Of a DNA stretch of 64,000 nucleotides, positions 26,184-39,453 are shown one piece after another. Numbering within the stretch: the stretch's first letter is position 1; every line of letters starts with the position of its first letter. The notes beneath the pieces are model-generated. The model saw nothing but the letters and a program-made list of their open reading frames with translations. It searched no databases and was not told the origin of the DNA. The stretch comes from Octopus sinensis (lineage: Eukaryota), in contig NC_042999.1 of NCBI RefSeq assembly GCF_006345805.1, positions 35,154,001-35,218,000 on the forward strand. The letters run 5' to 3'. The position numbers and the translations under genes are program-made.

Positions 26184-26388
26184 TGACGTATATTTGCCAT
26201 TTGAATATGGCTAACCCCTAAGGGTGAATGCTACTGTAGTTTGTAGCCCCAGGAGGACACCTCCTCCAGCTGGCTATAGACACACTTTCTGTCTATAGCC
26301 AGCTGGAGGAGGTGTCCTCCTGGGGCTACAAACTACAGTAGCATTCACCCTTAGGGGTTAGCCATATTCAAATGGCAAATATACGTCA
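26184..26388. repeat. Perfect 99-bp inverted repeat with 7-nt loop
   Basis: 26184-26282 is the exact reverse complement of 26290-26388; loop CACTTTC. Confidence 0.95.
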
Positions 26389-26679
26389 CGATGTGTTGCT
26401 GCTACTGTTTATAACTCGCTCTGAGATTTATCATTGATTGATAGTATTAATTGTTAGCGAAAACACTGAGTTGATAGAAAGTGTAGAAAAGGGACATATA
26501 TGTTCTGCAGAGATAAGTTTATCAGATCTGAATTCAAATTCTATTGGGATCCTTCATATTGTAACTAATAACTAAATGGCAGTAACCGAATATGGTTCCA
26601 ATCCTTCAAACATTGGGTCTGTGGTTAATCCAAAGAATCAGAATTATTCCATTATTTTATCGCCAAGTGTGTATGTAGA

Positions 26680-26853
26680 TAGATAGATAAATAGATAGAT
26701 AGATAGATAGTTTAAAAAAACAGACAGACAGGCAGACAGACAGGCGGACAGGCAGGCAAGCAGACAGACAAGTGGGCTAACAGGCAGGCAGACAAACAGA
26801 CATGCAGGCAGATATACAGACAGACAGGCAGACAGGCAGACAGGCAGACAAAC

Positions 26854-26900
<47 letters not shown>

Positions 26901-26918
26901 AAGACGGATAGATAGATA
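26680..26918. repeat. (GATA)n/(GACA)n microsatellite
   Basis: Direct observation; abuts the LINE 3' end. Confidence 0.9.
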
Positions 26919-28525
26919 TGTTTCTTTATTAGCCACACAGGGCTGCACACAGACGGGACAGATTACAAAGTAGAGCTTTTCTTTTTTTTGGAGAAAGAAA
27001 AAGTGGGGTAGGTTTTCGATCAAAAGTGATCGTAAGGGGGAAACAAGAAAAAAAAGAAAGAAAGAAAATAAACAAAAGAAAAGAAAAAAGAAAAAAGGAT
27101 AAAAAGGAAAGGAAAAAGGGGGGGAAAGAAAAAAAAGGGATCGTGTATCACAGTGTCATGATGTACGGTGTAAAGGGAGAAGCAGATAAGGTTTATCCGT
27201 GGGAAGAAAAGCCTACGAAAAAGACCACGGTAACCTCGGTCAATATTGTTACATGTTACCACATTTGTTTGCAAGTGGGTAACCCTCTGTTTTCAATTTC
27301 TGGGTTCATAGGATTATGCTCAAGGTGGCTTCGTCATTCATACGTGCCATCCTTGCTACATTCACCCATCTTTTTTTAAAACATTCGCTAGACAAAACTT
27401 GCCTCTCTACTCTCACTTTCCTTTTCAAGTGATACTTGAAGAAGTTGATAGAGATTGACCAGAGAGGAAAGTGTGCGTCTCCAATCCTTTCAGACGCGTC
27501 CACCAGATACATTCTTTCGCCATAGCCACAAGGATGATGAAAATAGCTCTTCCATCCCGTTTGAAGGAAGGAGGCGTGACAATATTGACGATAGACTCGG
27601 CTGATAAACAGACTCGTCCCACACGTGACAGCAGTTGTTCGACATAAGCCCACAGGTCGGAAATGGTTGGACACTGCACGAGTACGTGCAGAACGGTTTC
27701 ATCGCTCTGACCGCATCTCGGGCAGGTCGGCCCCGTATTTCTCGAGCCGTGCCTGTAGAGCTTATCCCGAACGGGTAGCGCTTCTCGGTAGCACTGCCAG
27801 GCCAGGGATCTCTGGAAGTTGTCCATGAGCCCTGGTCCGAAAGTCGTCCCGAACAGGCGGGTCAGGTATTCCTCGTCGACGTCCAGGTTCACCTCGAGCT
27901 CGTCGTCGTACCTCCCCTCCACTAATCCCCTATAGAATGCTTGGGTTGTGTTGGAGTCACTCAAGGTCGACCTGGGACGGCAGAGTTGCTTGAGAGCAAC
28001 GCGACACTCGCGTTGCCATTCGCCTTCCTCGGCCTCTTTTTGATCCACGACTTCAGTTTGGTCATGGAGACGAGTTGCGGGAAAGCGTGCCTCACAAACG
28101 GCGACCACACCTGTTCACCGTCGTCTACATAGAGCCTGAGGTGTCGCAATCTCAGCGCGTGTCTGCGCATCATCAACCACGGCATACCCAGTCCTCCTTT
28201 TAACGGGTGTTGACAGCAAATGGATCGCCTGACCATCGGGGCGCATCCTTTCCACAAGAAGCGAAAGAGAATGCGTTCTAGTTTGGTGATGGTAGGGTCG
28301 GGACAAGGCACGACGGTCAGGCGGTAGTAGATGACGGACGCGATGTACGAGTTCGCCACCTCCGCCCGACCTTTTAGGGACAGTTTCCTCTCGGCCCATT
28401 GTCGGGCGAGAGTGACCACCCTACTCGTTATCTCGTTCCAGTTCTTCTCCATTTGGAGGTCCGGACCAAACCAGACCCCGAACAACTCGACCGTCGGTCC
28501 AGCGTCCCACGACGGAGGCGCTGGT
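26919..28525 (-). mobile_element. 5'-truncated Tx1/L1-clade LINE (RT end, zf-RVT region, 3' UTR)
   Basis: LFGVWFG, LSLKGRAEVANSYIASVIYYRL, FLWKG...KGGLGMP, WQCYREALPVRDKL, TCPRCGQSDETVLHVLVQCP; frameshifted; ends AATAAAGAAACA then (TATC)n. Confidence 0.88.
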
Positions 28526-28526
28526 G

Positions 28527-28588
<62 letters not shown>

Positions 28589-28707
28589 GTAGGTAGGTAG
28601 GTAGGTAGGTAGGTAGGTAGGTAGATAAAAAACAGACAGACAGACAGACAGGCAGACAAACAGATAGACAGACAGACAGACAGATAGATAGATAGATAGA
28701 TAGATAG

Positions 28708-28744
<37 letters not shown>

Positions 28745-28745
28745 T
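28527..28745. repeat. (GATA)n/(GACA)n/(GGTA)n microsatellite
   Basis: Direct observation; abuts the LINE 5' truncation. Confidence 0.9.
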
Positions 28746-29046
28746 TTTGAGTGTATCATAAAGTAACAATTTTAAGACAAAATATTGTAATTGTTTCTAT
28801 AAAAACTTGAATCATTTTTCTATATATAATTTCGAAATAATATGCTGCTGATACACTTGTAATATTCTAATTATTTGTGAGGAAAATAACTTGGTTGCTG
28901 CAATAGCACATACGCATATATTACAATAGGAAGTATATATGAATCATGATGTCCCTAATCTCTGAAGAGAAATCATGGGATTGTGAATCAAATGGTCACC
29001 ATTGCCATCTAGTTTTGATGCATTCAATTTCGATTTTACCCCATTT

Positions 29047-29091
<45 letters not shown>

Positions 29092-29097
29092 GTTATT

Positions 29098-29517
29098 TAT
29101 TTCTTTATTGCCCACAAAGGGCTAAACATAGAGGGGGAAAACAAGAGGAGACAAAGGGATTAAGTCGATTAGATCGACACCAGTGTGTAACTGGTACTTA
29201 ATTTATCGACCCCGAAAGGATGAAACGCAAAGTCGGCCTCGGCGGAATTTGAACTCAGAACGTAGCGGCAGACGAAATACCTATTTCTTTACTACCCACA
29301 AGGGGCTAAACACAAAGAGGACAAACAAGGACAGACAAACGGATTAAGTCGATTATATCGACCCCAGTGCGTAACTGGTACTTAATTTATTGACCCCGAA
29401 AGGATGAAAGGCAAAGTCGACCTCGACGGAATTTGAACTCAGAACGTAATGCCAGACGAAATACGGCTACGCATTTTGCCCGGTGTGCTAACGTTTCTAC
29501 CAGCTCGCCGCATTCTG
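29098..29517 (-). mobile_element. SINE family B dimer with 13-bp TSD
   Basis: Head plus two core+tail units; TCAAGTTGTTATT at 29085-29097 and 29518-29530. Confidence 0.88.
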
Positions 29518-29917
29518 TCAAGTTGTTATTAACAACGTGAAAGAGAATAGATGTGATACCTACTCTACATTTTAAAGTTAACTGACGTTGTGTAGAGATG
29601 AATTAATTAATCCTCTGTATGAATTCCTACGTAGACATATAGAATCAAGTCACTATGAGAAATGTGTGGTTTCCATGATAGATTATCCGAAGACTTAAAT
29701 GCATTTGTAGGAAATAGAATACAAATATAATCCAATGCAAAAAATAATGATAAATATTTGGCTTCCTATAGATTGTGGTAAAATAAATAGGGAGTTGAGT
29801 ACTTCTTCAGAGTATTTATTTTCATACCATTAGATTCTGTGTTCAAACTATGCCTAGGTCGCCTTTCATTTTAAACCCACCTGACGAATAAAATAGTTAC
29901 ACCAGTATACAGATATA

Positions 29918-30136
29918 TAAAGGCGATGAGCTGGCAGAATCATTACTGCTCTAAGAAAAAATGCATAACATCGTTTCTTCCAACTTTACGTTCGGATTTC
30001 AATTGCCACCGGAATCGACTTTGCTTTTCCTCCTTTCGGGGTCGATAAAATAAGTATCAGTTGAGCACTGAGGTCGATGTAATCAACTAGTACCCTTCCC
30101 CCGCAATTACTGATCTTGTGTCAAAATTTGAAACCA
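29918..30136 (+). mobile_element. SINE family B copy, alternative tail
   Basis: Head AAGGCGATGAGCTGGCAGAATC, core, tail CTTGTGTCAAAATTTGAAACCAAT. Confidence 0.75.
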
Positions 30137-30785
30137 ATATACAGCAATATATGCAACCGACTACACTTTCTCCAACACTAAATGTTTTGAAGGAACCAAA
30201 TATCTTTATTGATTTGTCACTTCAGATATTTAAATATTATATTCACTGTATCTGTCTATAAATGAAAACAGTTGTTTCGCAAAAGTCATTTGCAACAAGA
30301 TTGTAAATAATCTGTAATTGTGAGACATGTCTCGATGAAACTCTATTCATATCCACTTGATATTTTTGTGACGTATACAACCGAAATTAAATTCAATTAC
30401 CTTAAATTTTCAAGACGACTTTGATAGCGAAAACGAGAGAATTTAAATGAAGATGTGTAAAAAAAAAAATTCGTTTCCTCTTTTAAGGCAGATTAAAACA
30501 AAATTAATTGTTTCTGATTTTGATAATAGTTTCTGATTAAAGCAAAAACAAAAGTAAAGTAATTTTTTTAATATTTTTCTAAATATTGGCCTCATTCGGT
30601 TTTTATAAAACACAAATTCTGCATTTTTCGGAATGAAATAATAGCCGTAATGGAATCCTAACAGTTGAAGTATTACAAACTTGAGTGAAATGACTTTTTC
30701 AGGGAATTGAAGTTTGAGTGATTTACTCAGTATGCGTATGTTCGTTTATTTTTCTACGTTATTTGCTATTTGAATTTATAAAATA

Positions 30786-31782
30786 CTAGCAGTATAACCC
30801 GGCCTTGCCCGGGATTAAATTACGATTATTAAGCTAATCAAGTTCTTTATTTCAAACCAAACTAAGTAATATCGACTCTCAACAAAACACTTTTTTACTC
30901 GGCGTAAAATAAAAACAAAACTATTTCGTGCCCAAAGTAATGTGTGTGAGAGAGAGAAGGGGGAGAAAGATGAACGATTTAAAATAAATAAATGATTTAA
31001 ACTAAATATATTGTAATTGTTGTAATTGAGAAAGTATATATACTATGATTATAAAATATAGTGTCTTTCAAAAACATCCTGAATTTGAACACTATATCTC
31101 GTGTTTAAGAAAAAACAAAACGTTTTACATTTTATTTTTTGTGAACGTCGTAACTTACTCTCTCTCTCTCTCTCTCCCTCTCTCACTTTGGCTTTCCCGT
31201 GAAACTCTCTGCCCCTCTTCCACTTTTCTTTATCTTACTTTTTTTTGTTAGACGCCGTCAAAAAGCTAAGGCTGAAAATAGATTTTTATGAACGTCGTCA
31301 CTTACTCTCTCTCTCTCTCTCTCTCTCAATTTGTCTTTCCCGTGAAACTCTTTGCCTCCTTCTTCCACTTTTCTTTATCTTACTTTTTTTGTTAGACGCC
31401 GTCAAAAAGCTAAGGCTGAAAATAGATTTTTATGAACGTTGTCACTTACTCTCTCTCTCTCTCTCTCTCCCTCTCTCACTTTGTCTTTCCCGTGAAACTC
31501 TCTGCCTCTCTTCCACTTTTCTTTATCTTATTTTTTTTTGTTAGACGCCGTCAAAAAGCTATGGCTGATATTTTTATGGCTAAAAGCAATGGCTGAAAAT
31601 AGAATTTTACTGCTATCCGCGGGTGCCTCGGGAAAAAAATAAGTAGACAAAACCCAGATAGGGCGTTGACGAATGTCCTCCTAAAATTTGAGCGACATGC
31701 GCGCTCATTTGTGGATGTGCATAAACTACAATCACGTACACACACACACACGCGCACATCTTGCTTTATATATATATACAGA
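30786..31782 (-). mobile_element. Non-autonomous Helitron with three ~120-bp internal tandem repeats
   Basis: Minus strand begins TC at 31782 after A and ends CCCGGGCAAGGCCGGGTTATACTGCTAG; repeats at about 31140-31560. Confidence 0.85.
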
Positions 31783-32529
31783 TGTATCGTGTGTAATCAA
31801 GAGTACAGTCATGTAAAATGCCACTTTAGATACTTTATTGGAATAGTTAAAGGATTAATGCCAGATAATCTACCCGACTAACGACATACTTGAAAATAAA
31901 TACTTTGTAACGCCAAAATTTCCACAGAAATATGATTATGAAAATGCAAAGAAATTAATTGGAGAATTGTCTTGTAAACATTTCCTCAGTATTTATACGC
32001 TCCACATGATTATGTGACAGTACATTATGTGACAAAACATTAGATAATCTAATTCCAGGTTTAGAATATCAGGAGGAAAAATAAATTAGTAACTGTTGGA
32101 ATGCCTTACTGATTGATTCGCATTGGACTTGGGTTAAACACTAACATCATAAAAGTACACGTAATTATAAAAGTTGCTTACTTATCTGTCTTTTGTGACT
32201 TCTCTGAAAATATGATCTATAAATAAGATAACACCTGTTATGTCTTCCAGACATTTTACCAGCCCTCTTTTATCTTTTATTTCCGACACACTTTAATATT
32301 CTACCGGTATTTACCAGTATTTATTAAAGTTTTGTAAATTGGAATGGAACAAACTGTACAGCAAAATTGTTCAACAAGGTGGTGAAAACTGTCGACCGAG
32401 ATAACATATACTATGCAACACTGTGTCAGTTGCCTTAAATTCGTTAGTGTTTTTGTTGTTATTATTAGTCCATAGTTAAGCCATGGTTGAGCAAATCTAT
32501 TATCAAAACTATATCAAGCATCACTTTTT

Positions 32530-32930
32530 CGTACTCACTTAAACCTTTCACTCCCTATGGAGCAAAGACCATCGACGACTTTTTTCAACTGGCCCCAACT
32601 TTGGGCAATCTTTCCTGTTTCTTGAAAGTTGGATCCCTGCTTCTTTTACCTCCAGTTCTTTATTCCACCTCCAGCTCCTTTTGGATTTCGCTGCAGCACG
32701 TCATATTTTGCCCTCCTAGCAGCAAGGTTTTATGTTTCGATTCCAACTGCTTTGGACCATCTGAAATAAATCGGTAAGGTAAAGAAGCTGGACAAGTGGA
32801 TTTCTGCTTCTAGGTTTTGTTCGCTTTGAATTATCATCGATGCTTCTGTAATTTTGCATTTTTTCTAGATTGGGATATTTATCTTATGCAAAGCCACTTT
32901 TCTTTATAGGTAGAGATGATCCGTATTAGT
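32530..32930 (-). mobile_element. Decayed RTE-clade LINE 3' fragment
   Basis: Ends KIAQSWGQLKKVVDGLCSIGSERFK*. Confidence 0.55.
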
Positions 32931-33069
32931 TTGACCTCTGTTCATTGAAAAATCTAACATGGGAAGCCCTACAAAGAGCTTGCAGTCGGCTGACATAAAT
33001 CTCAAGTTCAATGAGGCACAAAAGCCACCACACCCAAACAAGCACTAGGGCTATATGTTATTTAGATAT

Positions 33070-33749
33070 ATTTTTGGAACAAAAACGCAATAGAGGAAAA
33101 TAAGACATTTGGACAGATAGACGAAACAAAGGCGAACAGGAAAAACAACAGTTAGGACAGGGAAAAAATGGACGGGTCATTCGCGGCCTTCTTTCTTCAG
33201 TCAAGTTACCAAATGTCCTCATAGTTTCGGGTAGTTACACTTGAGGCTGTTCGATCTGGTTGCCCCACAAAAAGTCTAAACTAGAGCATTAAATTTTTTG
33301 TAAGAAAGCTAGCGATATGTACGGCAACAAAGACAAAAATCGGAGGACATAGTACACAATTATAAATAGAAACAAGAATATAACAACAGGTATCTTTCGA
33401 CTAAGGACGAATCAAATTGAGCTGACGTGTATGAAGTGAAAGCCTAAAGGCAGGAAGATAGGAGCTGGACATACGAGGTGTTGGCGGTCGGCAGTCAGGC
33501 CAAGAAAGAAAGATCATGGCTGGCCGGACACCAGTCACATGGAAGGAGGATAGAGGGGTAGGAGACAGCGGGATTGAAGGATTAGAAAAAAATCAAAGCG
33601 ACACACCTCCTCCTTCCATGTGACTGGTGTCCGGCCAGCCATGATCTTTCTTTCTTGGCCTGATTGCCGACCGCCAACACCTCGTATGTCCAACTCCTAT
33701 CTTCCTGCCTATAGGCTTTCACTTCATACACGTCATCTCAATTTGATTC

Positions 33750-33750
<1 letters not shown>
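33070..33750. repeat. pLTR-like interspersed repeat with terminal fold-back
   Basis: Arms 33408-33550 and 33608-33750 (about 4 mismatches); GGACGGG.CATTCG...CTTCAGTCAAG motif shared with 35340. Confidence 0.7.
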
Positions 33751-33789
<39 letters not shown>

Positions 33790-33797
<8 letters not shown>

Positions 33798-34335
33798 GTG
33801 TCATTTGACGCACGTTCAGTTCGTGTGCTACACACTTGTCCAGCTTCTTTACCCTGCCGATTTGTTGCAGATGGTCCAAAACAGAATCGAAACATCAAAC
33901 TTTGCTGCTAAATCACGCGTAGTTTGAGATGTATCCGCTTCCACTACAGTTTCCAGCTCATCATTATCTACCTTTGTCTCAGTTCTACCACGGGGCAAAT
34001 GTTCAAGAGTAAAGTCACCAGACCAGAACTTCTCAAACCATCGACGTACAGTGCGCTCATTCGCCACATCTTTACCAAACACCTCATTGTCTGGGATGCA
34101 TTGGTTCCACGACGGAACTCATGTTCACAAACAACACGAAATTTTTATCTATCCATGGGTTCACAAAAGTTGATTTACAAGACAAAACTCACAATATAGT
34201 CTGACACCATGAATTGCATTTCGAAAAGTGATAATGTTGTAAAACAAAGAATTGTCATGATAAAACATTAGAGGTAACGACTTATGCATAAGAAATTCGG
34301 ACATTTCATTCTTAATTACTTGATATATAAATATA
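33790..34335 (-). mobile_element. Mariner 5' fragment
   Basis: ORF 33849-34082 NERTVRRWFEKFWSGDFTLEHLPRGR...TSQTTRDLA (mariner HTH region). Confidence 0.8.
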
Positions 34336-34339
34336 TCAT

Positions 34340-34770
34340 CTCATCATGGCTCGGCTTCGCGAACGAAGATCAGGAAGGCTGTCCACGTCGCGTGCATGCA
34401 CGCTCATGACTGACAAGTCCGATATGGGAAAGGCAGGTCTGTGAGCAGTGACTAAAGACGAAGGTAACATCCGGTGTGGTGTCAAAGGCGGCTCGCGCCT
34501 TCCTCCTGCGTCTCTTGTCTTTAAGTGCGTCTCTTCTTTGTTCCTCAAACTTGCTGACTGCGTTGAAGATCGTGTGGCGCCAGACATCACGGTCCGCTGC
34601 CAGGTCTGACCAGCATTGGTGGTTAATTTCATATGCTGTTAAAGACTTCTTGAGGCAGTCCTTCTAGCGCTTCTTCAGAGCTCCTCTCACTCGGTGGCCG
34701 GTGGAGAGTTCGCCAAACAGGGCAATCTATGGAAGGCGATGGTTCTCCATTCTGGAGACAGACGAGAATC
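34340..34770 (-). mobile_element. RTE-1/BovB-like LINE 3' fragment
   Basis: RMENHRLP*IALFGELSTGHR...WSDLAADRDVWRHTI...HCSQTCLSHIGLVSHERAC; short ATG-repeat-like tail. Confidence 0.8.
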
Positions 34771-34884
34771 AGATATTCTCTGTATAGAATACACTTAGTA
34801 GTGCTCAGGGCATTTAAACTTTAGCGGGTATACAAAATATGTATACATGTTTTAACATATATACATTTTTTTGTATTTCATGTA

Positions 34885-35200
34885 TGCGGATGAAAAGAGT
34901 TGCAGGAAAATTTGTGCCTCGTTTGCTCACGGAAGATCAAAAGTAGTCAGGACTGAATGCTTGTCGTGAACTGAAAGAACAGTTGGAAATTAATCCGAGC
35001 TTTTTTGAAGGCCATCACTGGTGATGAAAGCTGGTGCTACGGAATTTGTAGATGTGGAAGAGAGGAAGGAAAAAACGACGGAAGCGTTAAAAGGCATCAA
35101 TTCGCAAGAGTTCCAGCACTGCTTCGAACAGTGGAAAACGTACCTGGGCTGATGTATTGCTATAAATGGAGAATACTTGAGGGCAATAAAAGTGTAAACA
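34885..35200 (+). mobile_element. Internally deleted mariner transposase fragment
   Basis: KRVAGKFVPRLLTEDQK...ITGDESWCYG joined to FQHCFEQWK...CIAINGEY. Confidence 0.8.
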
Positions 35201-35283
35201 TGTATGTTAAAACATATATATATATATAATGTATGTATAAGACAAAAGGGTACGTGCACCGCTATATTTATATATATATGTAA

Positions 35284-35462
35284 AAAAATACAAACTGGGA
35301 CAAGAACGCAAAACATTTAGAAGACGATACAAAAAACACGGACGGGACATTCGAAGCCTTCAATCTTCAGTCAAGAACCGGATCATCCTCGCAATTTCGG
35401 CTGATTAATCAGTGTTTTTTGTATCGTCTTCTAAATGTTTTGCGTTCTTGTCCCAGTTTGTA

Positions 35463-35467
<5 letters not shown>
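35284..35467. repeat. Fold-back repeat, 56-bp arms
   Basis: 35284-35339 is the reverse complement of 35412-35467. Confidence 0.9.
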
Positions 35468-35545
<78 letters not shown>

Positions 35546-35645
35546 TTTGTATTTCATGTATTTAATATACTTTATATATTGATCTATCTAACTTGCTAAT
35601 CCCTACATTTACTATATGTGTGTGTGTGTACACACACACACACAT

Positions 35646-35718
<73 letters not shown>

Positions 35719-35817
35719 TGATACATACATACACATACATATATATATATATGTGTGTGTGTGTATTTATGTATGTATAGGAATGTGTATGTATAGGAAT
35801 GTGTATGTATATGTATA

Positions 35818-36262
35818 TGAAGTGATACCCAAAAGAAACCGGAATTTTGCTATAGTATTTTATTAAGTTTTACAAGTTTTTATTAAGTTTTACATGTTTA
35901 CACTTTTATCGCCTTCAAAGTATTCTCTATTTGAAGCAATACATCGATCCAGACGCCTTTTCAACTATTCGAAGTTTTGATTTTTCCGTGAGCTAGCGAG
36001 GAACAAATGTTGCAGCAACTCTTTCCATTCGCAATTCATCGCTCAAAATTCGTTGGCAAGTGCTTCAGGACACACCAGTCATATCAACAAGTTCGTCAAT
36101 TGTTCAGTGACGGTCCTCCAAGATCAGTTCATGCATTTTCATGATATTTTTAATTCGTTCGGGACGTCAAAGGTCGTCCTGAACGAGGTTTGTCTTCAAG
36201 CGTCAAGAGTCCATTCCTAAAGCGTGGAAACCACTCATAAGCTTGTGTTTCGCTCATGGCAT
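35818..36262 (-). mobile_element. Internally deleted mariner element
   Basis: AMSETQAYEWFPRFRNGLLTLEDKPRSGRP HTH region, C-terminal remnant, and TIR-like GAAGTGATACCCAAAAGAAACCGGAAT. Confidence 0.75.
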
Positions 36263-36324
36263 AGACAAACCTCTGATCTTTCAATTTACGGTTATGTATT
36301 ATCTAAAAGTACAGTGAATAACAA

Positions 36325-36790
36325 TCAATATCTATAAAGCTAAAATGCGAAAACGTTGTTTGATTTCTTGGTTATTTGTTTCATTTGGGGATGGGAACGG
36401 TTTAAGGGGTGGTAGATGGGGTCGGATTGGCGCCAAAATTTACACTGGTGGGGGTTAATATTGGGTGGGCAATGGTGTGAGGAGGGTTGCAAGTCGCTCG
36501 GGGCTACTGTTTGGTTGCCATGGTGAAGAATATGGGAAAAATTGAGTTTTGTGGGATAGACAGGTACACTGTTTGAATAATGCTGGCTTTTCGTGTTGCT
36601 GTAGGGGCTAGAGGCGGTTATCTTTAAATGTGGGTGTAAAAATTTGGGGGATTTTGGAAAGGGGAATAAAGAAGAGAGCAATAAAAAGAACCAGGCAAAG
36701 ACGAACAAAAGAAGAAAGGGAAAAGGCGACAACACGCACAAAACAACACCACCACCAAAACCCGGGCGGAGCACGGGTCAAAATAGCTAG
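36325..36790 (+). mobile_element. Non-autonomous Helitron 1
   Basis: TC start at 36325; hairpin CCCG...CGGG then CTAG ending 36790. Confidence 0.8.
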
Positions 36791-37459
36791 TCTATATATA
36801 TAAAGCTGAAGTTGTCTGTGTGTGTGTGGCAGGTTTGGTAGCCTTCAACTAACACTATCTCCTCTGAGACCCTGCGGCGCAAGTTGACCAAATTTGAGAG
36901 TATGATAGAAGGCTTGCTCTTCATTCCGTAGAAGAAAAATTCAAATCGAACCATGTTAACACCAAAAATTATTTACATCAAAAAGGTGCTTTTTTTTTCT
37001 ATGAAACTCCCTATCTTTTACGATTTTTTAACTGCTGTGTCGCTATTTTTCGGTGTATTTCAACCAGGAAAATGTTCACTTAAGGAGAATAACAAGCTAC
37101 ATGATGCAAAATTTATACTTTTCAAAAATTCCAATTCTAAAGGGTCGAAAAGAATTAACGGTTTGGATTTTCTTGTACTTTTTCTTAATGAATACTCTTG
37201 CAGTGTTAACTTCTTAATAGATTTTCAGTGCAGTTCGAAACTTGAGCTTCATTTTGCTTTAAATATTAACCAACAATACCAACAATTGAAGTCGGCATTA
37301 CACATCTGCAGCATATTCAGAGCAAACTCGAGCATCGCCACACTATACTTTTATTCATAGATTAAAACTACGTCAAAACTTTCTTAACGCGACGTCAAAG
37401 TCTGCTGTTTTAATCGCAACTAAAAAACAAAGCCGGGCAACGCCGGGCTATACTGCTAG
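36791..37459 (+). mobile_element. Non-autonomous Helitron 2 (head-to-tail with 1)
   Basis: TCTATATATATAAAGCTGAAG start; ends CCGGGCAACGCCGGGCTATACTGCTAG. Confidence 0.85.
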
Positions 37460-37784
37460 TATATAAATATTCTACAATGGAATTTATAAATAACATTTCA
37501 TCTCATGCTTATATGATTATTATAACTATAATGTTATAATACATAAACATCTTGGCATTTCATAATTATTGATCTCGTACGTTACTATAAAGCCGCATAT
37601 TGCATTGATTCAGTACATATCTGGTTATAATTATTTTTATGCATTTGTGGTTAAAAGCAAAACTGTGATTATGTGTGATAAGAACGAAGCAACTTTTACA
37701 TTATTACTGGACCGGCTAAAAGTAGCAGCCAGATCTTATCCTATTATCTTATAAATAGATCAAAATAGATTACGCAGTTCCTTA

Positions 37785-38410
<626 letters not shown>

Positions 38411-39453
38411 TTTAACCACATATGCTTTAAAAAAATTGCTTTAACCAGATATTTACTGAATCAATGCAATTCGCGGCTTTTTAGTAACGTACGAGATCAA
38501 TAATTATGAAATGCAAAGATGTTTACGTATTATAACATGCTAGTTATAATAATCATATAAGCATGAGATGAAATATTATTTATAAATTTCCATCGTAGAA
38601 TATTTATATATTGTTATTCACTGTACTTTTAGATAATACATACCCGTAAATTGAAAGATCAGAGGTTTGTTTATGGTTTGATTATTATATCTCTTAAGTC
38701 AGTTATTTCTGTTTTTCTTTATATTTTATTTATCTCCCGAGTGTGTATCAACAGCGATTGATATTTTTATCATATCAAAGCTGTTGAGACAAGATACTTT
38801 TTTATTTACGTGTGTTTTTTACGAAAACATTGGTTTCAAACAAAATAAGAAAACTCACCAGATTTAGAATTGTTTCTAAATCGAATTACAAGTTGATCAA
38901 GTGTAGCAAAAATATTTTACTTTGTTATAAGTGGAAATGATCGATATAATATTCGGGTCTTGCTGATGCGTTGATATTCTACAATAAACGTTTATGATTA
39001 TTCTGCTATCACAACTAAACCATACATGTGAATTTTTTCACCGTTAACAAATCTTTACTTTTTGTAATGTAAGATATACATTACATTACTTTAATGATAT
39101 TAACTCCTTATGAATAGGCACGAAAAACATTCGCATAACTATTTAACAAGTATCGAACCCATCCAGTCGGAATAATTTGATTTCTGTAGTGTAACACATT
39201 TTGTCTGATGCAATGAAGCAGTACGTATACACGGGAGTTAATTTACAAAGTCCTAAGAAAATGTTTTTATCACGGAGATTGATATTATAGAATTCAAAAA
39301 CAAAAACAATGAAAAGAAATGAGAAAGAAAAGAGGAATGATAGGAAAAAAATCCAAATTGTAGGACAGGTGTATGAAATTTTCGATTCAACTGAAGCCCA
39401 ATTTATGTTTCTCATAAATGATAAATATATATATATATAAATGATAAATATAT

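Noticed and set aside
33165-35385. CTGAAGA...GAAT motifs on the minus strand near 33190 and 35360, at the position equivalent to pLTR hammerheads
   Set aside because: GAAA/NUH and stem I pairing cannot be built; not called as ribozymes.
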